A stretch of DNA of 64,000 nt, taken from the NCBI GenBank assembly GCA_947499615.1, contig CANMOP010000003.1:32901-96900 (forward strand). Direction: 5' to 3'. The position numbers and the translations under genes are program-made. The DNA comes from Chloroflexota bacterium. Lineage in GTDB: Bacteria; Chloroflexota; Dehalococcoidia; UBA2979. Shown here piece by piece: positions 8,491 through 17,127 of this stretch (position 1 is the first letter of the stretch; every line of letters begins with the position of its first letter). The notes under the pieces are model-generated. The model did not search any database. It had not been told where the DNA came from and was given only the letters and a program-made list of their open reading frames with translations.

Positions 8491-9485
8491 CGTGGCTCGT
8501 CGCCTGCGAGGATTGCCGCGAGCCGCAGCAGATCCGCGCCGAAGCCTGATGCCGGCACGGCCCGCCCGCCTATGGCCTCGCCCAGACCGTCGTACCGGCC
8601 GCCGCTCATGCACTCCGTGCCATCCGCCAGCAGCCGGAACGTGAGCCCGGTGTAGTACTCGATGTTGCTCGCAGTCGTCGGAACCAGTCGATACGCGTTG
8701 CCCGCCGCGTCCAGCGCGGCAGCCGCAGCCTGCAACTCATCCAGCGCCGTCGAAATAGTCGGCACGACAGGCAGCAATGCGGCACGCAGGTTCTGCAGGT
8801 AGCCAGCACCGGTGCCGTCCACGCTGCAAAGCAGGCGGAGCGCCGCCGAACCCGCCGGGAAGCGGGCGGCGAGCTCCGCCGCGACGGCCAACGCACGCTC
8901 CGGGTCGGCGTTCAGCAGGCGCTCGTTCACTTCGGCGCGCTCGGCGGGGTCGAGTCCCGCAGCCTCCAGCACGGCGCGGATCAGGCCAGCGTGCGACAGC
9001 TCGAAGCGCAGCTCGCGCCCGCCAATCGCGACGAGCAGATCGCGCGCGAGCAGCAGCAGTTCTGCATCCGCCTCCAGGGCGGGGAGTCCAAACAGCTCCA
9101 CTCCGCACTGCCAGCGCTCGCGCTCACCCTCGCCGGCTTCAAAGCGGTACACCTGCTGGACGTAGCACAGGCGCGCGGGCTCTGCGGTCTGCCAGCGCTG
9201 CTCGTACCACCGCGCGGCCGGCACGGTGCCGTCCGGGCGCAACACGACACGCTCCCCGCTCCACCCGTCCCAGTCGAGGAATGAGTAGACGCGATCCAAC
9301 AACTGCGGCGAGAGCGCCGATGTCGCGGTAAACAGGTGCAGTGGCTCGATGGTGGGCGTGCGGATCTCCTGGTATCGCCGCGCCCCAGCCACGTCGAGAA
9401 ATACGCGCTCGGCGGCGCGGAACCGGCGCATCGCCTCCGGGCCCAGGTCGCGCATGCCTCGGCTGCGCAGCCCGTCGTCGAGCAT
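8487..9485 (-). CDS. hisZ: ATP phosphoribosyltransferase regulatory subunit HisZ (HisRS paralogue lacking anticodon-binding domain)
   Basis: 332-aa class-II aaRS-like core (VVLRPDGTVPAARWY motif) with no C-terminal anticodon-binding domain; first gene of the his operon immediately before hisG. Confidence 0.75.
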   Translation of the reverse strand: MLDDGLRSRGMRDLGPEAMRRFRAAERVFLDVAGARRYQEIRTPTIEPLHLFTATSALSPQLLDRVYSFLDWDGWSGERVVLRPDGTVPAARWYEQRWQTAEPARLCYVQQVYRFEAGEGERERWQCGVELFGLPALEADAELLLLARDLLVAIGGRELRFELSHAGLIRAVLEAAGLDPAERAEVNERLLNADPERALAVAAELAARFPAGSAALRLLCSVDGTGAGYLQNLRAALLPVVPTISTALDELQAAAAALDAAGNAYRLVPTTASNIEYYTGLTFRLLADGTECMSGGRYDGLGEAIGGRAVPASGFGADLLRLAAILAGDEPR

Positions 9486-9828
9486 GGTGCCGCCCTTCGT
9501 GATCCCGTTCGGCGTTCCGTGTGAGAGTCCGCTTGAGATTGTAGGCCTCCGTACCCGTCAGACCGAGCGATTGTCGGCCGTCGATGTCAGATCGAGGCGC
9601 GCCCGCAGACACGTGAAAACGCCGCGAGCGTCGCCGCCGCGGCGTGTGGCTGTCACCTATCGGTTCCGGACTATCGGAGCGGTCGGTGCAGACAGCCTCG
9701 AGGCGGCAGCGGATGCTGTCAATGCGTATGCGCAGTATGCGCGGCGGCGGCCAGCGTCTGTGCCGACATCGTGCCATCGAGCCTAGAAGTGCCCGCGTCG
9801 AGGGTCAAGGAGGCGGACGACAGCGGCG

Positions 9829-10608
9829 CTACGCCATGGTGACGTCGCCGGCCGCGAACGAGGCCAGCACGCCGCTATCCAGTCGCACCACCAGCTCGCC
9901 GCGCGGCGAGACATCGACCGCCTCGCCTTCGTGCACATCGCCCGCCTGCGCCGAGGAGGAGGTCAGCCGGACACGGTGGCGCAGTGTGACCAGCCGCTGG
10001 CGCCATTCCTCCACCAGGATGGCTGGCGAGCGGACCAACTGGCCGCTGTGCCGCTCCAGCGCCGCGGAAAGAGCCACCAATAGATCCTCGCGTGATGGCG
10101 TGGCAGCGGGGACTTCGCCCTCGATGCTGGTGGCGATGGCGGACAGCTCAGTGGGGACCGCCCCCACGCCGACGTTCACGCCGATGCCGATGAAGATATC
10201 GACCTCACCGCGGTGCACCGCCTCCGCGAGAATCCCCGCGATCTTCCTGCCCTGCGCAAGCACGTCGTTCGGCCACTTCAGATCGGTGGTCAGCCGCGCG
10301 ACTTCGCGAATGGCGTCGGACACGGCCAGCGCGGCGGCGACGCCATACAACGGCACCGCGGGCGACTCGGGGACGCGCAGGTGATAGGTGACGTACAACC
10401 CGTCGCAGCTGGATGCCCACGGCCGCCCGAAGCGCCCTCGGCCTGCGGTCTGCTGATCCGCGACGTACGCGGTGCCGGACACGCCTCCTGCGGCAGATCC
10501 CGCTCGCGCATCGTCCATCGTCGACGAGGTCACATCGCGGACAACGATGTTCGCACCAACCGATTCGGTAGTGATGCGGTCTCGGTACGCCTGTACGTCA
10601 AACCGCAT
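9829..10608 (-). CDS. birA: biotin--[acetyl-CoA-carboxylase] ligase
   Basis: 259-aa ORF with BPL motifs GRGRFGRPW and KWPNDV. Confidence 0.85.
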   Translation of the reverse strand: MRFDVQAYRDRITTESVGANIVVRDVTSSTMDDARAGSAAGGVSGTAYVADQQTAGRGRFGRPWASSCDGLYVTYHLRVPESPAVPLYGVAAALAVSDAIREVARLTTDLKWPNDVLAQGRKIAGILAEAVHRGEVDIFIGIGVNVGVGAVPTELSAIATSIEGEVPAATPSREDLLVALSAALERHSGQLVRSPAILVEEWRQRLVTLRHRVRLTSSSAQAGDVHEGEAVDVSPRGELVVRLDSGVLASFAAGDVTMA

Positions 10609-10700
10609 GGTATGCCTCGAACTCCTCCAGGCGAATCCATCTAAAACTCACCCTGTCAGCATCCATGAGCGACAGCTCAGCGGCGACGGCTTAAACCTGA

Positions 10701-10726
10701 CGACTTCCGGACAAGACGACCGGAAG
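10701..10726 (-). terminator. hairpin (ACTTCCGG-n9-CCGGAAGT) just downstream of the lipoprotein gene, followed on the minus strand by CGTCAGGTTTAAG
   Basis: Perfect 8-bp inverted repeat read directly; the U-tract is weak. Confidence 0.3.
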
Positions 10727-10736
10727 TGCTCAACCT

Positions 10737-11309
10737 CTAGTACCCGATCTCGCCGACCGCGCCGGGTGTGGATGTTGCTCCGGAACCACTGGGCGTGCTG
10801 ACGGTCCACAGTCCACCGAACCCGTTCACGCCGTTTCCCTTCACGTCGCCGGGTGCACGGTCACCTGCGAAGCGATACAGCGGACGACCGCCGTACGTGA
10901 CCTGCTTGGCGCCGTCGTCTCGCGTGATCAGGGCGAGTGATGCCGCGGCACCATCGAGCTTCTCCGCAATCGTGGTGGCGGGCACCGCCGGCCAGGCTGC
11001 GATGCAGGCCCCGCTGCAAGCACTCTTCCCGTTGCCGGGCGTATCGAGGGCGAAGGTGTACAAGGTCATGCCAGCGCCATCGACGAGCACCTTCCCCAGC
11101 GCGCCACCATCGCGGATCTGCACCACGCCCCCTGCCGCCAGCCTCGATGGTGCGGTGGCCGTCGCCGAGACCGTCGGAAGCGTGGACGGGATCGCGGCTG
11201 GGCGTGTCGTCTCCGGCGCGCTCTTGCCGATGCCACAGGCGGTCAGCATCGCTGCGCCAGCCAGGAGCGTGAGAAGAGATCGTGAAGCGGACTGAACAGT
11301 GGTTGCCAT
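10737..11309 (-). CDS. lipoprotein with two secreted-repeat (COG4315-like) domains
   Basis: Signal peptide plus lipobox (LLAGAAMLTACG); two copies of G-x-x-LYxFxxD-type repeats (MTLYTFALD, RPLYRFAGD). Confidence 0.7.
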   Translation of the reverse strand: MATTVQSASRSLLTLLAGAAMLTACGIGKSAPETTRPAAIPSTLPTVSATATAPSRLAAGGVVQIRDGGALGKVLVDGAGMTLYTFALDTPGNGKSACSGACIAAWPAVPATTIAEKLDGAAASLALITRDDGAKQVTYGGRPLYRFAGDRAPGDVKGNGVNGFGGLWTVSTPSGSGATSTPGAVGEIGY

Positions 11310-11480
11310 ATGACTCGCAATGACGAAACGAGGATGACGCAATATTGCTACGACGCCCCGGCATCGGATGGATTCAATGCGCTTGGAAACGCGCACGATC
11401 TGCAGCCCGACGGCGAAGCGGTGCGGAATATGAGGTGGGGAGATCGAGGGAGGTCAAACCAGCTGGGAAAGGAACATGCA

Positions 11481-11519
11481 GGGAGAAAAGTGAGCGCCCC
11501 GGCGGATGCCGGGGCGCTC
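11481..11519 (-). terminator. rho-independent terminator (GAGCGCCCCGGC-ggat-GCCGGGGCGCTC then ACUUUUCUCCC on the minus strand)
   Basis: Perfect 12-bp GC stem followed by a U-run on the minus strand, about 200 nt downstream of the transaminase stop. Confidence 0.55.
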
Positions 11520-11721
11520 GTCACGTCACGTAGCAAAGGGCCTAGCGCGAGTGCACCTCCGAAAGAATGCCACGGGCCAAGCCCCTCGCCGTATGACTAT
11601 CGTCGGACACAGGCATCACCTCCCTTCTTGAGAACCACAATAACTATTACGATCGCAGCCTGTCAATCCGCTCAAGCATCGCATCAATTCTTGTGGCACA
11701 AGGGCGGGTATCGCGTTCGAA

Positions 11722-13080
11722 CTACCCGGCGGTCACCGCGCGTACTGCCGCCTCGATGGCGCCAACGATGTGGTCGATCTCCTCCGGGCGGATCACCAGC
11801 GGCGGCGCCAAGACGATCTGGTCGCCGACGAACCGCGTGATCACCTGCCCCTGCTCCCGCATGTGCGTGGCGACCTGCCGACCGATGCCCTGCGCTGCCT
11901 CGTACGGGGTCCCGCGCTCGGCGTCCGCCACCAGCGTGAAGCCAGCGATCAGGCCGAGGTTGCGGATGTTCGCGACGTGGCCCTGCCCGCCGAGCGCTCG
12001 ACGCAGGCCGTCGCCCAGCCGGTCACCCATCGCAGCCGCATTCTCGACCAGGTGCTCTTCCTCCATGATGCGGAGGTTGCGCAGCCCGACCGCCGCAGCA
12101 GTCGGGTGTGCACTGTTGGTGTACGCGTGCATGAACCGGGACTCGGTCGGCAGTGTCTGCAGCGCTTCCATGATCTCTGCGCTCACGATGAACGCACCCA
12201 TCGGCACGTAGCCCGACGTGATCGCCTTCGCGATGCTGAGGATGTCCGGCTGCACGCCGAAGCGCTCGAGCGCGAACCAGCGGCCGGTGCGGCCAAAGCC
12301 GGTGATCACCTCGTCGGCGATGAACAGCACCTCGTAGCGGTCGCAGATCTCGCGGATGACGCGGAAGTAGTCGTCAGAGGGCGTCCACACGCCGCCGGCA
12401 CCCTTCACGGGCTCCGCGATGAAGGCCGCGACGGTGTCGGCACCCTCGCGCAGGATCGCCGCCTCCAGCCAGTGGCCGCACTCACCATCGGTGTTCGGGG
12501 TGCAGTCGCATTCCAGCGCCACTGGCTTCGCCGTATGCACCACATCGCCCGAGAACGGACCGAAGTACTTCCAGAACGCCGGCAGCCCTGTCATCGCCGT
12601 CGTCGTCAGCGTGCCGCCGTGGTACGCGCGCTCCCGGGCGATGATCTTCACCTTCGAGGGTCGTCCGCGCAGGTTCCAGAAGAATCGAGCAGCCTTGAAC
12701 GCGCCTTCGTTGGACTCCGACCCCGAGTTCGTGAAGAACACGCCTTCGAGGTTGTCGTAGACCAGTTCGCTCACCTTCGCCGCGAGCTGGATGGCGGGGA
12801 CGTTCGAGAACCCGGTGTACGAGTTGGAGAACGCGAGCTTGCGCATCTGCTCGGCCGCCGCGTCCGCCAGCTCCGTCCGGCCGTGACCCACCGCGACATT
12901 CCAGAGCGATGACAGCGCGTCGATGTACCGCTTGCCGCGTACGTCCGTGAGCCAGACACCCTCGCCGTGATCGAAGATCACCGGGTTGCCGTGCTCGGGC
13001 GCGTAGTACTGCGGATGGATCAGGTGCGCGAGGTCCTGCTGCACCAGCCCAGCGATCGTCGCCTCGTCGATTGTGGTCAT
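11722..13080 (-). CDS. class-III (omega) aminotransferase, PLP-dependent
   Basis: 452 aa; motifs SSLWNVAVGHGR, TNSGSESNE, and the family-typical lysine region; closer to omega-TA than to BioA by the LWN-type motif; specificity unknown. Confidence 0.8.
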   Translation of the reverse strand: MTTIDEATIAGLVQQDLAHLIHPQYYAPEHGNPVIFDHGEGVWLTDVRGKRYIDALSSLWNVAVGHGRTELADAAAEQMRKLAFSNSYTGFSNVPAIQLAAKVSELVYDNLEGVFFTNSGSESNEGAFKAARFFWNLRGRPSKVKIIARERAYHGGTLTTTAMTGLPAFWKYFGPFSGDVVHTAKPVALECDCTPNTDGECGHWLEAAILREGADTVAAFIAEPVKGAGGVWTPSDDYFRVIREICDRYEVLFIADEVITGFGRTGRWFALERFGVQPDILSIAKAITSGYVPMGAFIVSAEIMEALQTLPTESRFMHAYTNSAHPTAAAVGLRNLRIMEEEHLVENAAAMGDRLGDGLRRALGGQGHVANIRNLGLIAGFTLVADAERGTPYEAAQGIGRQVATHMREQGQVITRFVGDQIVLAPPLVIRPEEIDHIVGAIEAAVRAVTAG

Positions 13081-14705
13081 GCTCGCCCTCCCTCGTCGTC
13101 CTCGGCGTCCTCGGCGTCCACGTCGTCCGCCATGTCCGCTTCGCTCGCCGCTAGTTCAACGACTGGCACCGCGGTCGGCGCGGCGAACCCGAGCGCCGCA
13201 AACGCATCCCGTGCCGCCGCCCGGTCGTCCCACGGTTCCGCGTGGTCTGCCCACTCGATTGTCGACTCGTGGCCCTTGCCGGCGATCAGCACCAGGTCGT
13301 CGGGCCGTGCCACCGCACACGCACGCATAATAGCGGTACCACGACCGGGTATGCGCTCAAATCGCTCGCCTTCCTTGGCACCAGCCGCAACCATTGCGGC
13401 CGCGATCTCGTCGATGATTGCCATCGGCGACTCGGAGCGGGGGTCCTCGTCGGTGAGGATCGATAGATCGGCCTGCTCTGCGGCGACCCTGCCCAGCCCG
13501 CTGCGACGCTCTCGGGCACGCTCGCCCGCGCAGCCGAACACGACGATCAGTCGGCCGTCCACAAGCGGGCGTAGCATGCTCAACACCTGGGCGAGCGCAT
13601 CCGGGGTGTGCGCGTAGTCAACGATCACCGGGAACGGCGCGCCCGCAATCGGTTCCATACGCCCGGGAACGCCCGGACAGCTGGCGACCCCAGCCGCCGC
13701 CGCAAACGGGTCGAGACCAAGCGCGGCCGCGACGGTGATCGCCGCCGCTGCGTTCGCGACGTTGAAGCGACCGGGGAGGTGAACGCTCGCCTCCAGCTCG
13801 TCCTCATCCGCCGTGAGCACGAACGTCGAGCCGTCCGGCCACAGCATCACGTCACCCGCGAGGATGTCCGCCCGCGGGTTGTCGAGCGCATACGTCAGCC
13901 GTCGAACCCGCGTCGCGCGCCCGAACGTCTCCCACGACCGATCGTCGGCGTTCAGCACCGCAGCTCGTGACACACGCTTCGTGGTTGGCGCGTCCAGCAT
14001 CGAGAACAGCCGCGTCTTCGCGGCCCGATAGGCGTCCAGCGTCCCGTGGAAATCGAGGTGATCCTCGGTGAGGTTGGTGAGCACCGCGACATCGAACTCG
14101 CAGTCGTCGAGGCGGTGGAGCGCGAGCCCGTGCGACGTCGCTTCGACGATGGCGTGCGTACAGCCTGCCTCCACCATCTCGGCGAGCAGCGACTGCACCA
14201 GCGGCGCCTCCTGCGTGGTCAGCCGCGTCGGGTTCGGGATCACGCGGCCGGCGATGCGGGACTCGATGGTCGTGAGCAGGCCAGCGCGTAGCCCGCACGC
14301 CTCGAGGGCCGCGAGCGTGAGGAACGCTGTCGTGGATTTGCCGTCGGTGCCGGTGATACCGATGACCGTGAGACGTCGAGCCGGATAGCCCTCGTGGGCT
14401 GCGGCGATCGAGGAGAGCGCGCGCCTGGTGTCGGGCACGCGCACCACCGGCACGCCCAACCCGTCGAGCGCCTCGCCACGCCCCGCCTCCTCCACCAACG
14501 CCACGGCGCCCGCCTCGACGGCCGCCCGCGCGAAGGTGTGCCCGTCCGCCTGCTCGCCACGAACGCACACGAAGAGGTCGCCGGGCCGCACAGCACGAGA
14601 ATCGAAGCAAACCGCGCCGATGGTTGCCGGGAGCGTATCGCTCAGCGCGCCCGATGGGAGTCCCTGCCGCCAGTCACCACGAGGAGAAGTTGTCATACGC
14701 CGCAT
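13077..14705 (-). CDS. murE: UDP-N-acetylmuramoyl-L-alanyl-D-glutamate--2,6-diaminopimelate ligase-like Mur ligase with acidic C-terminal tail
   Basis: Mur ligase P-loop GITGTDGKSTT, MurE DNPR motif (LDNPRADI), C-terminal domain; tail DDVDAEDAEDDEGG; start ambiguous (14705/14696 versus longest 14783); not located in a dcw cluster. Confidence 0.75.
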   Translation of the reverse strand: MRRMTTSPRGDWRQGLPSGALSDTLPATIGAVCFDSRAVRPGDLFVCVRGEQADGHTFARAAVEAGAVALVEEAGRGEALDGLGVPVVRVPDTRRALSSIAAAHEGYPARRLTVIGITGTDGKSTTAFLTLAALEACGLRAGLLTTIESRIAGRVIPNPTRLTTQEAPLVQSLLAEMVEAGCTHAIVEATSHGLALHRLDDCEFDVAVLTNLTEDHLDFHGTLDAYRAAKTRLFSMLDAPTTKRVSRAAVLNADDRSWETFGRATRVRRLTYALDNPRADILAGDVMLWPDGSTFVLTADEDELEASVHLPGRFNVANAAAAITVAAALGLDPFAAAAGVASCPGVPGRMEPIAGAPFPVIVDYAHTPDALAQVLSMLRPLVDGRLIVVFGCAGERARERRSGLGRVAAEQADLSILTDEDPRSESPMAIIDEIAAAMVAAGAKEGERFERIPGRGTAIMRACAVARPDDLVLIAGKGHESTIEWADHAEPWDDRAAARDAFAALGFAAPTAVPVVELAASEADMADDVDAEDAEDDEGGRA

Positions 14706-14773
14706 CGTAACGCGGCGTATGATCTGGTGCCGAACATGCCTGCCCCACAGATCCAGACAGAGAAGGAGAACTC

Positions 14774-15194
14774 CATGCTGCAACTCACCGACGAGATGAA
14801 GGCCGCGATCAACTCAGCGCTGGCGGACCGTGTGCCGCTCATGCTGGCCAGCGTCTCGGCGGACGGCCAGCCGCAGCTCGGGCTGCGCGGCTCCGTGCAC
14901 ACCATTGACGACGACAAGCTCGGCGTGTGGCTGCGCAACGCGGAGGGCGACACCTCCGCCAACGTGGCGCAGAACCCGCGCGTCTCGCTGTTCTACCGCA
15001 ACCCGGAGACCCGCCTGGCCATGCAGATCCAGGGCCGCGCCGTCCGCCCGACCGACCCGGCCGTGGTCGCGAGCATCTACGACGGCAGCGCGGAGCCGGA
15101 GCGCAACGCCGACCCGGAGCGCAAGGGCACCGGCCTGATCATCGAGATCGACCGCGTGTACCAGCGCGGCGCGGTGGTACTCTCCCGCGACTAG
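14774..15194 (+). CDS. pyridoxamine 5'-phosphate oxidase family (FMN-binding split-barrel) protein
   Basis: 139 aa from an ATG preceded by GAAGGAG; PNPOx-like pattern (PLMLASVSADGQPQLGLRGS...PRVSLFYRNPE). Confidence 0.7.
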
Positions 15195-15222
15195 ATCCTC
15201 GGCCGCCCACGGGAAACCGTGA

Positions 15223-15260
15223 CACAAGCCCTCCCCGATATCGGGGAGGGCTTGTTCGTT
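15223..15260 (+). terminator. perfect palindromic hairpin (AAGCCCTCCCCGAT|ATCGGGGAGGGCTT) plus TTGTTCGTTG; probably bidirectional, also downstream of rnpB on the minus strand
   Basis: 16-bp perfect inverted repeat read directly, 29 nt after the PNPOx stop. Confidence 0.6.
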
Positions 15261-15329
15261 GTCGCGCAATTGTGACCTCGCCGCTGCGCACGGGCGTGCG
15301 AACGCACGTCGAGGTTGGTGAGCAAAGTT

Positions 15330-15756
<427 letters not shown>

Positions 15757-15824
15757 CCACTGTACCGCTGGATGCCGTAAGGCGCGGACGACGGACGCTC
15801 GAGGTCCGCGCGACCCGCCGCGCG

Positions 15825-17084
15825 CTACGGTGCGCGGTAGTCGCGGACTGCCCGTGCTCGCTGCCACACGCCGGCGACGAACAACAGCGAGGCGGTGCCA
15901 CCGACGACCATCGTGCCGGAGGCGCCAATCAGCGCGGACAGCATGCCGACCCAGAGCGTGCCGACGTTGTTCGCGGTCTGCGCGGAGAACAGCATCACGC
16001 TCAGCGCGCGGCCTCGCATCGCATCGGGTGTGGAGAGTTGCACGGTCGCCTGGCGCACGGTGACGCTCATCGCATCCATCGCACCCAGGCCCGCGATGCA
16101 GATCAGCCCGACCCACAGATACGGCACCAGCGCGAACGGGAACAGCAGCAGCGCGTACACAAAGTGTGCGATCAGCACGATCAGCCCGGTGCGCTTGAAC
16201 CGCCGCAATCCCAGCACCGCGAAACTGCCACCAATCGCGCCGGCTGAGTTCGCCGCGGTCAGCAGCCCCACGACACCAGCGCCGCCGCCGAACAACTGGT
16301 GAGCCAGCACCGGGTACATCTGGCGGTAGAACGAGACGACAGTGACGCCGGTGTCCATGAAGTAGAGCGCCGGAAGCAACGGATGCGTCCGCACGTACCT
16401 CAGTCCCTCCCAGGTGCGCTGCAGCACTGACCCGGTCTCGCCCTCAGTGACTGGCGCCGAGGCGTCCACGCGCATCATCAGCGGGAGCACGACGCTGGGC
16501 ACCGCAAACACCGCCGCGAGCACGAAGACCGGAACGAGGCCCATCGACCCCGCGATCGCCGCGAAGCCGAGCGGGGCTGCGACGATCGCGACCTGCTGCG
16601 TGATCCAGTTGGTGGTGACCGCATCGACCATATGCTCGGCGGGCACCGTCGCGCCGATGAGCGCGCTGCGAGCGGGTGCGCCGAAGACACTGGTCACGGA
16701 GAGCGCCGCAGTGACCACATACACGTGCCACGGCAGCAGCGCGTCGGCTGCCACAAGTCCCGCCATCAGCGCCATGAAGGCCAGCGTGACCGCTTGCGTC
16801 CACGCCGTCATGAGCCGTCGATCGAGTCGGTCTGCGAGCGTCCCGCCGAACAGCACAGCGGGGATCTGCACCACGAGCTGGATCAGGCCGAGCAGGCCCA
16901 ACTGTGCTGCCGAACCGGTGATGTCGTACAGCCAGACGCCGGTCACCACCAGCCGCAGCTCCTGCGTCAGAACGGCCGCGATGGTGGCCAGCCAGAGCAG
17001 CCGGTACTGCGGGAACGCCAGCGCAGACCAGGAGCCGTGCCTCGGTGGCGGGGTGGGATCAGACGGCGGAGGCGAGTTCGTCAT
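15825..17084 (-). CDS. MFS transporter (EntS/enterobactin-exporter-like family)
   Basis: 419 aa, about 12 predicted TM helices, MFS signature region (GTLADRLDRR). Confidence 0.8.
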   Translation of the reverse strand: MTNSPPPSDPTPPPRHGSWSALAFPQYRLLWLATIAAVLTQELRLVVTGVWLYDITGSAAQLGLLGLIQLVVQIPAVLFGGTLADRLDRRLMTAWTQAVTLAFMALMAGLVAADALLPWHVYVVTAALSVTSVFGAPARSALIGATVPAEHMVDAVTTNWITQQVAIVAAPLGFAAIAGSMGLVPVFVLAAVFAVPSVVLPLMMRVDASAPVTEGETGSVLQRTWEGLRYVRTHPLLPALYFMDTGVTVVSFYRQMYPVLAHQLFGGGAGVVGLLTAANSAGAIGGSFAVLGLRRFKRTGLIVLIAHFVYALLLFPFALVPYLWVGLICIAGLGAMDAMSVTVRQATVQLSTPDAMRGRALSVMLFSAQTANNVGTLWVGMLSALIGASGTMVVGGTASLLFVAGVWQRARAVRDYRAP

Positions 17085-17127
17085 CGTGGCATCATACGGG
17101 TAGCATCGCGAATCTGCCGGGGTCAGG

